DNA from: Candidatus Hodarchaeota archaeon
Lineage (GTDB): Archaea > Asgardarchaeota > Lokiarchaeia > Sigyniarchaeales > SOKP01
Assembly: GCA_048887225.1 (NCBI GenBank)
Contig: JBHLJY010000005.1
Location: forward strand, 32,001-96,000
Length of the DNA stretch: 64,000 nucleotides
Reading direction: 5' to 3'
The position numbers and the translations under genes were made by a program. Positions within the stretch are counted from its first letter, which is position 1. The number at the start of each line of letters is the position of its first letter. Below the pieces are notes generated by a model. That model ran no database searches, had not been told where the DNA came from, and saw only the letters and a list, made by a program, of their open reading frames with translations. Shown here one piece after another: positions 45,864-55,949 of this stretch.

Positions 45864-47333
45864 TTATGGTTGTATAACTGTTCTCGAAGTCTCTTTACTT
45901 TCATTAGTAGTATTAATGTCAGAGATACTTCTTTCTAATTTAATTTTTCCAAGAATTAATATACTAATTAAGAAAAATATGCCCATGGAACACAGACATA
46001 GCGTAATAATTATAGGATTCTCTGAATTTGGTCCCATAAGAATAATCCCTACCATAACGGTAGCTGAGGCTTGACCAACAGACATCATAAAAGTCTGTAA
46101 TCCGAAATAAGCTCCCGAAAGTTCAGAGACTGCTTTATCCTTATCATTATTTTCAACTTTTTCTGCTGCTTCGTAAACTAAGACACCTGCTAATGGCGTT
46201 GCAAACAATCGAAATGAATAAATAGCTCCCAATATTGTACCTATAGTTATAACAAATAGAATAATCTTAAACTCAAAAGAAAGCATATTAATTAAAAAGA
46301 AAACCTCTAAAAATGAAGCAATAACAGAGCTAGCGACACATAGAGAATACGTCTTGATAAGCGATTGTTTTTCTTTTTCAAGAATTTTTTTCCAAATAAA
46401 GAACCATCCAAACTTACAGAAAATTGAAACAACAACATAAATATAAAAGTCGTTTCCCTTAAATTTAAGCACAAAAGCAAGAAAAGGTATAACTAAAATA
46501 CCTAAAATTCTGCTTCCATAACTATTAAAATATCTTACAGCCAGATACTTTCTATACTTTTTATCCTTGGCAGGAATTACCATTTGTTGAAAAGTAGCCA
46601 AAATTGATTTCTTTTTCATTTCAGTGGTTTGAGAGATATTATGAAAGCTCTCATCTACAGAAAAAAAAGTTAAAATTAATGAAATTAATCCAAAAAGAAC
46701 AAATGCGATTCCTATCAATGGCATAAAAAAAAGGATTACTTTTCCGGAAGGCTCCCACCATTTAACAGATGTTGGATCTTCAAGTATGCTCTGAATCATC
46801 AATGGGAGTAATAGAGCCAAAATTGAAGCAATAATGGTGAAAAATGTATTCATTGATGCTACACTTTTTCGGTTATTATGGGTTTGAGACTGTTCAGGCA
46901 GCATTGATATGTGTGCCGTCAAGATTGAAGTTCCTGATATTGAATTTAAAATAATTACAATCCAAAAATAAATCGTGGTAGGTAAAAAAATTGAATTATT
47001 CTTTGGACAATACCAAGGAGGGATCCATATTAAGATACTAGTTAAAACCCAAATAGGTAATCCATAGATTAAAAAGGGTCGCCGTTTTCCGAAACGCCCC
47101 GGCTTTTTATTATCTGTCATCACCCCGAATACAATAGAAAACACAGCCGCAAGAATTAAGCGGATAGCAATTCCGACAGACACAATTAAAGAATTTAAAT
47201 TAATTGTGTAAACATAGAATTGAAAGGCAAATACGGAAATTAAGAGATTAGTTAAAAATAGTCCAAAAAATCCTACAGAATATCCAAATAATTTTGGTCC
47301 ATGTAATTCTCGAGGTTTTATTGTCTCACTCAT
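45864..47333 (-). CDS. MFS transporter (GPH/MelB-like), paralog 2
   Basis: GVMTDNKKPGRFGKRRPF, PEQSQT; clear paralog of the adjacent gene. Confidence 0.88.
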   Translation of the reverse strand: MSETIKPRELHGPKLFGYSVGFFGLFLTNLLISVFAFQFYVYTINLNSLIVSVGIAIRLILAAVFSIVFGVMTDNKKPGRFGKRRPFLIYGLPIWVLTSILIWIPPWYCPKNNSIFLPTTIYFWIVIILNSISGTSILTAHISMLPEQSQTHNNRKSVASMNTFFTIIASILALLLPLMIQSILEDPTSVKWWEPSGKVILFFMPLIGIAFVLFGLISLILTFFSVDESFHNISQTTEMKKKSILATFQQMVIPAKDKKYRKYLAVRYFNSYGSRILGILVIPFLAFVLKFKGNDFYIYVVVSIFCKFGWFFIWKKILEKEKQSLIKTYSLCVASSVIASFLEVFFLINMLSFEFKIILFVITIGTILGAIYSFRLFATPLAGVLVYEAAEKVENNDKDKAVSELSGAYFGLQTFMMSVGQASATVMVGIILMGPNSENPIIITLCLCSMGIFFLISILILGKIKLERSISDINTTNESKETSRTVIQP

Positions 47334-47369
47334 GTTTCAAGAAATACAGAATTAAATATTATCTTTATG
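47334..47369 (-). promoter_or_regulatory. Duplicated leaderless promoter of MFS paralog 2 with a TTTC-NN-GAAA site
   Basis: 34/36 identical to 45775-45810. Confidence 0.65.
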
Positions 47370-47503
47370 GTTCTGAAATAGGAAAAAGTTTGTAATACGT
47401 AAAATTGATAGATATAATCTCCATCCTAAAAAATTTAAATAGATTAAGATTGATTAAACATATCATAATAAAAAAGGATTAAAAATTAAAATTAGTTAAT
47501 TTT

Positions 47504-47830
47504 TTATAGAAAACCATTTAATTCTTCTCTTAATATATTTCTATATTCAATATCTTCATCTATTAACTCAAATTCGTCCTCATAGCCTGAGTAAATGTCA
47601 AACAGCGTGTCTTTTTTAAAGACCGTTAAAAATAATATTATTAAATTAGATATATTAATAAAGCAATCTCGGCAGTTTTCATACTTAAACAAATTATGAA
47701 CAAGCTCAGAAATTAATTTGAATTCGCATTTCTGAATCTTTTTAATATCGAACTTATATAATTCATGAAATTTAAGAGTCTTTTCCAATCTTTTTAATTA
47801 TTTGTTCTCATTAAAGATCTTCCATTTCAT
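47504..47830 (-). pseudogene. Small hypothetical gene interrupted by an in-frame TAA at codon 11 (or restarting at TTG 47788)
   Basis: GTGA-N6-ATG at 47830 is in frame with the tracked ORF; TAA at 47800-47798. Confidence 0.45.
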
Positions 47831-47848
47831 AAAAAATCACTGTGGCAT

Positions 47849-48040
47849 TTAATGTGATTTTTTATTTTTATGATCCACGAATTTTAGACGATACCTAGTA
47901 ATTATTTTTGAGAGTTGCCAAATAGATTGAACATTATTTGATGCCACAGCTTTATTTAAATCGTTATAATATTTCGTCAAGCTCTTATTATTATAGTCCG
48001 AGAACTTAATTTCTTTTTGAGCTTCATCCTTTATAGTCAT
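47849..48040 (-). CDS. Small hypothetical protein (~63 aa)
   Basis: ATG at 48040; composition typical of coding sequence. Confidence 0.5.
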   Translation of the reverse strand: MTIKDEAQKEIKFSDYNNKSLTKYYNDLNKAVASNNVQSIWQLSKIITRYRLKFVDHKNKKSH

Positions 48041-48217
48041 AAATTTAAAAGGATAAAAGTAATTTAAAAAAAAGTATAATATCAATATATTATACTGGAT
48101 TGTTAAAATGCCTCCTTAAAAAGAACTAAAATTAATTAACTTTTTTGGAATATAATTATTTATTAAAAATAGATAATAATTACAGTAAGAATTTGATTAT
48201 TAAAGGAATAATCTAAT

Positions 48218-49378
48218 ATGGCAAAAACTAGGTCAGAAGACACATTAATACTTAATGTTTTTACGCCGGGTATTACTTTTATGAAACTCGTTTATAATGC
48301 CGTAGAACATTTTTGCGAGATAAAGAAAAAGATTGACGAAAGTAGCAGGTTTAATATTATTTTATTTCAAGAAGATGGTCCAAATTATCTTGAAAACTTC
48401 ACATTAAATCCTAAAAATATTCTAATTGCGCTAAAGTCATTAGAACCAGTGATTATAAGAGGAAATATAGGTGGGGGTATATTTGTTGCAATTTCATTTA
48501 TTATTGATGTTTTTAAAAAAATTTCAGAAAAGACATTTCGTTTAATTATTTTAACTGACTCTGGATCTCCTAGAATATCTAAATTATATATGCCAATATT
48601 AGAAAATTTAATTGCTCAAGTTAAAGATATGCCTTTTTTTATAGATATAATCAGACTTAATGTAGATGATTATGAAGAAGATGCAAAATTAATGAATTTA
48701 GTGAGAATATGTAATGGAGGCATCCACGAAATAAATAGTATAAATTTATTAGCTGACATATTAGAATTACTGGCATTAAAACGAGAAATAGAAGTGAGTT
48801 CCTTAATCGAAGGTAAGGATTATATTATTCCACCTGAGAATCAACCCTTTTATATAAATTTGGCAGAAATTCCTATAGAAATAGAAGAACCAGAAGTTTG
48901 TTCAATATGTTTTCAAAAGGATGATAGATCTATTGTGAAGTGCCCCAATTGTGATATTATAGCCCATAAGGCCTGTTGGGCTCTGTGGACCACGAAATCG
49001 TCAATTGGAATATCTCACGTATTTAGATGTCATAACTGCTATAACTTGATCAAACTTGACAAAGATTTTGTACAAAGAATGAAATTAGCAAAAAAAGTTG
49101 AATTAGCACAGATTTTGCCAGAAAAAAATCTGGAGGATATTCACGATTATCTAATAAGTTTAGAAGCTGGAGAGGTACCAAAAATTGTTTCTGCTGAAAC
49201 TCCTATGGCAAATCCAAAAACTTTTGAAAGTATTGGAAATTTAGATGATGAATCAGAAGAAGTTCCCATCCCTGAATTTGGTGATGATGAATGGAAATTT
49301 ATGTTATGCCCCTATTGCCATAAAATGATTACGTCTGGTCATAAAAGATGCCCAAATTGCCATCGTACATTTAAATAG
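48218..49378 (+). CDS. vWA-like domain + C4HC3 (PHD/RING-like) finger + C-terminal zinc ribbon protein
   Basis: RFNIILF..RLIILTDSG vWA-like strands; CSIC-x10-CPNC-x4-HKAC-x17-CHNC; CPYC..CPNC. Confidence 0.75.
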   Translation: MAKTRSEDTLILNVFTPGITFMKLVYNAVEHFCEIKKKIDESSRFNIILFQEDGPNYLENFTLNPKNILIALKSLEPVIIRGNIGGGIFVAISFIIDVFKKISEKTFRLIILTDSGSPRISKLYMPILENLIAQVKDMPFFIDIIRLNVDDYEEDAKLMNLVRICNGGIHEINSINLLADILELLALKREIEVSSLIEGKDYIIPPENQPFYINLAEIPIEIEEPEVCSICFQKDDRSIVKCPNCDIIAHKACWALWTTKSSIGISHVFRCHNCYNLIKLDKDFVQRMKLAKKVELAQILPEKNLEDIHDYLISLEAGEVPKIVSAETPMANPKTFESIGNLDDESEEVPIPEFGDDEWKFMLCPYCHKMITSGHKRCPNCHRTFK

Positions 49379-49451
49379 TAGTTAAATTACTTTTTTTCCC
49401 TAACCAGAAGTTTATAAGAATTATTATTCAAAAAAAAGTAAAGAAGTTTTT

Positions 49452-51365
49452 TTATAAGAATTCAAAGGGAGAAATTATTTCTTTTCTGTATTTTTTTTTA
49501 AGAACTAAAAGCTTGTCTCGTTCATCATAAAGAATTTTCCAGAAAAAGTCGGGAACATTCTTTTCTTTCTTATACATTGTCTCTATTCGTTCCCACTTTT
49601 CTAATAGTTTAGCGACTCTGATTTCAAACTGCTCTTCGTATTCTTTTTTGGAATAATCTTTCTCTAAGTATCTATTGAACAATTCTTTCAAATCCTCATA
49701 TTTTGGAATATACCCTACTGGTGTCTGAATTGCCTCAAAATCTCCATAAGAACGGCCTTCTGCCCAAATAACCCAACATAATTTATCTAGCATGCCATTT
49801 AAATACTTACCCTCCTGATCTTTAAGAAAATAATTCGTCGCAAATACTTTAGGAGGGTGTTCTAAACTATTTCCAAACTTTTTATGGTTCTCCAAATACT
49901 TGCCAAGTGGGACTACAACAAAATCCAAGTTAGCCATTGGTTGTTGGGTTCTTACTCCTTCTTGACCAAGTGTTGCGGAGGTTGTTTCAGATTCTATCGA
50001 GGCACCAAGAAAAACACCATGCTCCCAATTGAGACTCTCAAGTACTGGAGGCATTGTATCAGAATCCCTTCCGCCGTAAAAGATTCCATGTATTGGTACT
50101 CCATCTGGGTTATGTAAATTTTCATCAGCATTTTTTAATTCTTCAATTCGAACAGTGTATCTAGCGTTTGGATGAGCATGGGGAATATCCCTGTTATCTT
50201 TATCTTTCTTCTCCTTATACCATTCTCCTGAGAAGTTCGTACCGTTCTCAGGGATTTCTCTTCCATCTCCTATCCAATAAGGAGTTCCTTCTTTAATAAG
50301 CACGTTAGAAAAAATCGTTTCTCGGGGAGTCGTAATTGCATCCCAAATGAATGGGTCATCCTCAGGATTTACATCCTTAATAATACCAAAAAGTCCTTGT
50401 TCAATATTGACTACATGAGCATAACCATCATTCCATGGCCTAAGGTATACGATATCGTCACCCATAACAGTATGTCCTGGAAGCATTGCCGTACTTGTTT
50501 TACCGCATGCACTTGGGTATGCGCCGCAAAAGTATGAAACTCGATCTTTTTCCTTAGGATGTACTCCAAGAATGAAATAATGTTCTGCTAACCAATCCTC
50601 TTTATTTGATTGATTTATTGCCAATCTAAGAGCGAGTTTTTTCAGTCCTAGGGAGTTTCCCGCGTATTGATTATTCACGGATAAAACACGATTTTCTTGT
50701 AAATCCACATAAATCCTTCTTTTATAAAGATTTTTTGAAACTGGGGGATTTCCTTCGAGTTCTCCGGCAGAATGAATGAAATAATAGAAATCACTAGACC
50801 CATTTAATTTTTTGAATTCTTCGTATCCTTTCCTGTAAAGGATATCCTCACTATGACATACATATAGTGAATCAGTTAGTTGTAATGCTAGGATTGAAAA
50901 CTTCGAATTAATTGGACCTAAACAAAAGAATCGAACTATACATTCATTTCCTTTCATGCACCCATCCATAATTTCCAAAATTTCTTTCAAACCCTCATTT
51001 CTATCAATTGTATTAATCCATGGACTTGCATAATCACATTTAGGGACCAATACTTTAGTATTTATTTTATCTCTTGCTTGGTCGTGATAACTCATAGTGG
51101 AAAACGCATCGTAATGGATTGTATGGCCCTCTATTGATAATTTAGATTCTTCTCCAATATCGATAGCTTTTTGCCTAACATAATCTATATCTTCTTGTGA
51201 ATCAGTAATTACTGTCACTTTATTTGGCTTGCATAGCGAGACGAATTTCTTAACGATTTTTAAAACATGCTCGTTATTTAAAGCAAAAAGTTTATCGATG
51301 TTTTCTTGGTCAATAACATCAGAACCAAATGCTTTTGAATTTATTGACGAGTCCATATTAATCAT
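49452..51365 (-). CDS. pckG: Phosphoenolpyruvate carboxykinase (GTP)
   Basis: YAGNSLGLKKLALR, WLAEH, PSACGKTS, GDDI, HPNARY, YGGRD. Confidence 0.95.
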   Translation of the reverse strand: MINMDSSINSKAFGSDVIDQENIDKLFALNNEHVLKIVKKFVSLCKPNKVTVITDSQEDIDYVRQKAIDIGEESKLSIEGHTIHYDAFSTMSYHDQARDKINTKVLVPKCDYASPWINTIDRNEGLKEILEIMDGCMKGNECIVRFFCLGPINSKFSILALQLTDSLYVCHSEDILYRKGYEEFKKLNGSSDFYYFIHSAGELEGNPPVSKNLYKRRIYVDLQENRVLSVNNQYAGNSLGLKKLALRLAINQSNKEDWLAEHYFILGVHPKEKDRVSYFCGAYPSACGKTSTAMLPGHTVMGDDIVYLRPWNDGYAHVVNIEQGLFGIIKDVNPEDDPFIWDAITTPRETIFSNVLIKEGTPYWIGDGREIPENGTNFSGEWYKEKKDKDNRDIPHAHPNARYTVRIEELKNADENLHNPDGVPIHGIFYGGRDSDTMPPVLESLNWEHGVFLGASIESETTSATLGQEGVRTQQPMANLDFVVVPLGKYLENHKKFGNSLEHPPKVFATNYFLKDQEGKYLNGMLDKLCWVIWAEGRSYGDFEAIQTPVGYIPKYEDLKELFNRYLEKDYSKKEYEEQFEIRVAKLLEKWERIETMYKKEKNVPDFFWKILYDERDKLLVLKKKYRKEIISPFEFL

Positions 51366-51561
51366 ATTTTATTGTTAGCTTTGAAAGATCTTATAAACTT
51401 TTAAATAAAATATGGAATGAACACATAAAAATTTTTCTAAAGTTTAAAAGAATTATATCTTTTTTAAAAGATCTTATATTTTTGTTCATTATTAAAGCAT
51501 AAACTTTAATAAAAGAAAAAAAGGCATTAAAAAGTTTTCAACAAACTACTTTAAGATTTAG

Positions 51562-52884
51562 TTATTTAAATTTTGGTAAGTAATCTCTCTGAAGTTCAAT
51601 CAATTCGTTATAAATATTTTCGGCCATCTCAAAGCTTCCAACCTTTGGATCAATAGCTAAGCAAGCAATAGCTAAATCTTTTGAACGTGTTAAAATTGCC
51701 TCGACACATAAATCTTGAATTGATGCTTCAATTCTTAGTAAAGCAGCGATACTTTTTGGCAAGGTTCCAAGCCTTAGACCATGAATGCCATCTTTATTAA
51801 CTATAACAGGTCCCTCTAAAATTAAATCTTGAGGTAAATTATCTACAATTCCTTTATTTGGAACATTTACAGAGCTCTCATATGAATTTCTATTGGTTAA
51901 AATCGCTTCTATTATTGGTATGGCTCGCTCTCCAGATGGGAATTTTAAAAACATCCCTGCTTTAGGATATTTTCTTTTTTTCAATCGTTTATAAGTATTA
52001 TAGATTTTATAGTTGATTGCGTTTCCCTGCTGTTCCATAAGATCAATCCAATCAACCAAATCTTGAATTTTCGTATATTCATCACCAAATTGCATGTATT
52101 CAACTATATGATTATCTCCTGCATGAGGGAAATATCCAAATCTTTTGTAAACTTCAAAAGTTAAATCTGCAAACTCAAATCTATCCCATTTGTCCTTGAA
52201 ATATTCTAAACATTTTAAATGAAATTCGGGCATTAGATCTTTTCCAGTCTTAAATTCTTCTAAACCGATTAGGAAACCAAAATGATTTAAACCTATTACT
52301 GTCATTTTTAAATCTTGTAATGGCTTATTAAGCATTTTTGGAAAATGCTTGTTGAAGAATTCTATTTGATGACAGAGACCTATGAATTTTAGATTTTCAG
52401 TTGTTCTTTTAATTGCTAAACAAACTCTTGCTACTGGATTTGAATAGTTTATAAATAAAGCGTTTGGACAAATTTTCTCAGCATCCTGTATGATTTTAAC
52501 AACTTCAGGGATGATTCGTGCAGAATGAAAAAATCCACCAGGACCTCCACATTCACCCATCCTTGTTCTTGCACCATGTTTAAGTGGGATTTTATGATCT
52601 TGCCAGCGCAACTCAAATCTATTCCCTACTTCAATTGAACTTACTATAAAATCAGCATTTTTAAAAGCAGTAGGTCTATTTGTTGTCCTTTCAATACTAA
52701 ATCTATTTTCTCTTCTCTCATTTTCAGCAATCATTAATTCATAGATAATTTCTAATTTTTTTTTGTCAATATCGTGTAAAACTATCGTAGCCCCCATCAA
52801 AACATTACTTAAAAAAATATCGGACAGCATTGTGGGTCCAAATACTGCACTTCCTGCACCTACTAAAACAATTTTTTTTTCCAT
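51562..52884 (-). CDS. Glycoside hydrolase family 4 (NAD+/Mn2+-dependent, MelA-like)
   Basis: GAGS, GECGGPGG, NYSNP, GLCH, GLNH; ATG at 52884 preferred. Confidence 0.9.
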   Translation of the reverse strand: MEKKIVLVGAGSAVFGPTMLSDIFLSNVLMGATIVLHDIDKKKLEIIYELMIAENERRENRFSIERTTNRPTAFKNADFIVSSIEVGNRFELRWQDHKIPLKHGARTRMGECGGPGGFFHSARIIPEVVKIIQDAEKICPNALFINYSNPVARVCLAIKRTTENLKFIGLCHQIEFFNKHFPKMLNKPLQDLKMTVIGLNHFGFLIGLEEFKTGKDLMPEFHLKCLEYFKDKWDRFEFADLTFEVYKRFGYFPHAGDNHIVEYMQFGDEYTKIQDLVDWIDLMEQQGNAINYKIYNTYKRLKKRKYPKAGMFLKFPSGERAIPIIEAILTNRNSYESSVNVPNKGIVDNLPQDLILEGPVIVNKDGIHGLRLGTLPKSIAALLRIEASIQDLCVEAILTRSKDLAIACLAIDPKVGSFEMAENIYNELIELQRDYLPKFK

Positions 52885-52920
52885 ATGATAATTCAAAAAA
52901 TTTTTAAAAAAAATAGAATT

Positions 52921-53937
52921 TTATGGTTCTACAAGAATTTTGATTTCTCTTGTGTCAGGATCAATAGCGCACTCAAATCCTTCTTCAACAATATCATCCA
53001 ATGGAATTATTTTTGTTATAATAGGATTTGGATTAATTAGTTTCTGGGCAACTAAATCCACAGCAAATTCAAAATTTTCGCGTAAATAACCCATTATTCC
53101 TTGAATACGATTTTGATTCATCACTAGTTTAAGAAGGTTAATTGAGACTGGTTTATCCCAAAGTCCGATTTGTACAATAATACCACCTTTGCGTATTACA
53201 TCAAGCGCAGCATTTACTAATAAAGGGACACCCGAACATTCAAATACGTAGTCTACTCCTGATACCTTACGCTTATTGGATCTTTTGATCTTCGGTAATG
53301 AAAGCTTTGTTAAAGCGATATCTGGATTGAATTTTTTTGCAATTTCAAGCCTATATGGATTTTTTTCGACGACTACAATGGTACGAGCTCCTGTGAGTTT
53401 TAAACATTGTAACATAAACTGACCCATTGTTCCTAGGCCTAACACAACCGCAGAATTACCAGCTATAAAGTTTGATTCTCTTAGAGCAAGTAGCGCTGTT
53501 CCAATTTGGTCAAAAACGGTACCATGCTTATCTGGAATAGTCTCTGGAAGAGAAACGAGACAATGTTCCGGACAAAGCATATATTCCTCAAAACCTCCGT
53601 TATGCCCCAAACCTATCGCATCTCCACCAGTACATAAATTTGTAAGTCCACTCAGACAATAAAAACATTTTCCGCAATTCAAGGTAGGATCGATAGATAC
53701 TCGATCACCTTCTTTCCATCTCTTAGAAACTTCAGGGCCCTTTTCTGCTATTGTTCCCGTTATCTCATGTCCCAATATCCCCTTATCTGGCCACAATCCA
53801 GTTTTATAAAATTCTAAGTCTGATCCACAGATTCCGGCATATTTCACCTTTATTAATAAATCTTGCTTTTGGGGGATAGGTTTTGGGATATCTACAATGC
53901 GGATTTTTTGTTTACCCTCATATAATGCGGCTTTCAT
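52921..53937 (-). CDS. Zn-dependent medium-chain alcohol/polyol dehydrogenase
   Basis: GICGSD, GHE, CGKCFYC..C, GLGTMG. Confidence 0.92.
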   Translation of the reverse strand: MKAALYEGKQKIRIVDIPKPIPQKQDLLIKVKYAGICGSDLEFYKTGLWPDKGILGHEITGTIAEKGPEVSKRWKEGDRVSIDPTLNCGKCFYCLSGLTNLCTGGDAIGLGHNGGFEEYMLCPEHCLVSLPETIPDKHGTVFDQIGTALLALRESNFIAGNSAVVLGLGTMGQFMLQCLKLTGARTIVVVEKNPYRLEIAKKFNPDIALTKLSLPKIKRSNKRKVSGVDYVFECSGVPLLVNAALDVIRKGGIIVQIGLWDKPVSINLLKLVMNQNRIQGIMGYLRENFEFAVDLVAQKLINPNPIITKIIPLDDIVEEGFECAIDPDTREIKILVEP

Positions 53938-53950
53938 TATATCTTACCTT

Positions 53951-55741
53951 TCATTTTCTAACGGCAACTAACTCAACAACTTCTTCTTTTTTCTCCACTT
54001 CGCGTTTCCAAGATCCCGGATTATAAGCTTCTTTTGCTAGGTAATCCATTACTGTATTTACTTTAGGATTTACTCGCACATCTATAATCGCAGGAAGGCC
54101 AGAATCAAAAGCACGTTTTAAGGCAGGGCGAATTTCGTTTGGATCTGCTACTAATTCTCCATAACAATTGAAAGCTTCGGCATATTTATCATATCTCGTT
54201 TCATCGCTTAGAGATGAACCTAGACCAAAAAATTTTTTTCCATGTACCAATTTTTGGCCTCTAGCGACCATTCCCCAAAGTCTATCATTACATATGACAA
54301 CTACAAATGGAAGATCGTGCCTGCGGGCTGTATCAATTTCCTTTCCATTGAATAAAAATGAACCGTCACCAGTTAATACTAATACCTTCCTATTAGGATG
54401 AGCATATTTGGTAGCAATAGCTATAGGGACACCCCCACCAAGATGTTGAATTCCCAAACCTCCAGAAAAATACAAGGACTTAGGAAAATGGGATTTTAAG
54501 CCGGTAAGGCCCCAAACTGTAGTATCTCCACCATCTAGAATAATAAACGAATCTTCAGGCAAAAAATCACCAATCTCCTTAACTAAGCGCTGCGGGTGGA
54601 TGGGAATTTTATCGGTAGAACCATCTCTTTCAATTCGATCGTAGAATTTTTTTACTTCAGCTTGTACAGTTTTAATCCATTTAGTTTCAGATCTAGATGA
54701 ACTGATTTTTTTTTTTGTTATATTAATCATTTGGGTCAGTACCCCTTTTACATCTCCAACTATTGGTACATCGATGCCTCGATTTCTCCCAATTTCTTCA
54801 GCCTTAATATCTACTTGTATGAGTTTCGCATCATCACCGAAACATGGCATATAACCAAACATCATCATTCCAGTAATCCTGGCCCCTAATATGAGTAATA
54901 CATCAGCTCTTTGAAGCAATGTAGTACCAGGTCCATCTAAAGGGCTTGCCAATCCAAAATATAACGGATGATCAGGAGGAATTGATCCAAGACCCCAACC
55001 CCACATTCCTACGGGGATTTGAGCTAATTCTGCAAATTCTATAAGCTCTTTGGAAGCCCCTGAAAAGTTCGTTCCCGTACCTGCCATGATCAAAGGACGC
55101 TCAGCATTTAATAATAAATCGACTGCTTTGGATACAATTTTTTCATTTCCGTATGGACCGTGAAAAACACGAAGTTTTTCAACAGACTGGAAAGCTTGTT
55201 GTATAATATTTAAATTATCATCACATTCCTTCACTAGCACATCAAACGGAACAAGCAAGAGAACAGGCCCAGGACGTCCAGTTGAAGCTATTCTAAAGGC
55301 CATATTTACATATTCAGGTAATCGAGCCGTTTCGTGGCAATATCCTGCCCATTTTGTTACTGGACGAAATGAAGGCACTATATCGATCTCATTTGCAGCC
55401 AATTTCTCAAATTCCATCAACGGTGTCGCTGTACATATTGCGACCAAAGGTATTGAAGAATCCCAAGCTATAGGAATTGAAGGAAACAAATCAGTAATTC
55501 CAGGACCTGATTGGACTGAACATACTCCAATTTCGCCTGTAGCTAAATAATAGCCAATAGCGGCATGCCCCGTTGCTTGTTCATGACGAAAATCAATAAT
55601 ATCTATCCCCGTTTCTGTACATGATTTGTCTTGGCAGTAATTATAGATTAAATCATTATCTCCACAAAGCGTCCAAATAACTTTTACTCCTTGATTACTT
55701 AACGCGCGTACAATTAATTGCGCTCCATTAACCTTAACCAT
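53951..55741 (-). CDS. ThDP-dependent enzyme (acetolactate synthase/2-hydroxyacyl-CoA lyase-like)
   Basis: RHEQ, SGPG, GRPGPV, DGGD, GDGSF..ND..WGMV. Confidence 0.9.
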   Translation of the reverse strand: MVKVNGAQLIVRALSNQGVKVIWTLCGDNDLIYNYCQDKSCTETGIDIIDFRHEQATGHAAIGYYLATGEIGVCSVQSGPGITDLFPSIPIAWDSSIPLVAICTATPLMEFEKLAANEIDIVPSFRPVTKWAGYCHETARLPEYVNMAFRIASTGRPGPVLLLVPFDVLVKECDDNLNIIQQAFQSVEKLRVFHGPYGNEKIVSKAVDLLLNAERPLIMAGTGTNFSGASKELIEFAELAQIPVGMWGWGLGSIPPDHPLYFGLASPLDGPGTTLLQRADVLLILGARITGMMMFGYMPCFGDDAKLIQVDIKAEEIGRNRGIDVPIVGDVKGVLTQMINITKKKISSSRSETKWIKTVQAEVKKFYDRIERDGSTDKIPIHPQRLVKEIGDFLPEDSFIILDGGDTTVWGLTGLKSHFPKSLYFSGGLGIQHLGGGVPIAIATKYAHPNRKVLVLTGDGSFLFNGKEIDTARRHDLPFVVVICNDRLWGMVARGQKLVHGKKFFGLGSSLSDETRYDKYAEAFNCYGELVADPNEIRPALKRAFDSGLPAIIDVRVNPKVNTVMDYLAKEAYNPGSWKREVEKKEEVVELVAVRK

Positions 55742-55949
55742 TTAATTTACCTCCAAATCTTTTCGTATTAATTGTTTTTGTTATATTTATAAATAGATTC
55801 TTAAATATTTAAAGCTTGAATTTGCCTTCATAAAACTGTTTACTCTTGACTTTAGGATGAAAATTAATAAGAAAAAACAAATTTGAATATCTTTACAAAT
55901 AAAAAAATTAAAATTTAAAAAAGAGAGAGAAAAAACTTATAAAAAAATT

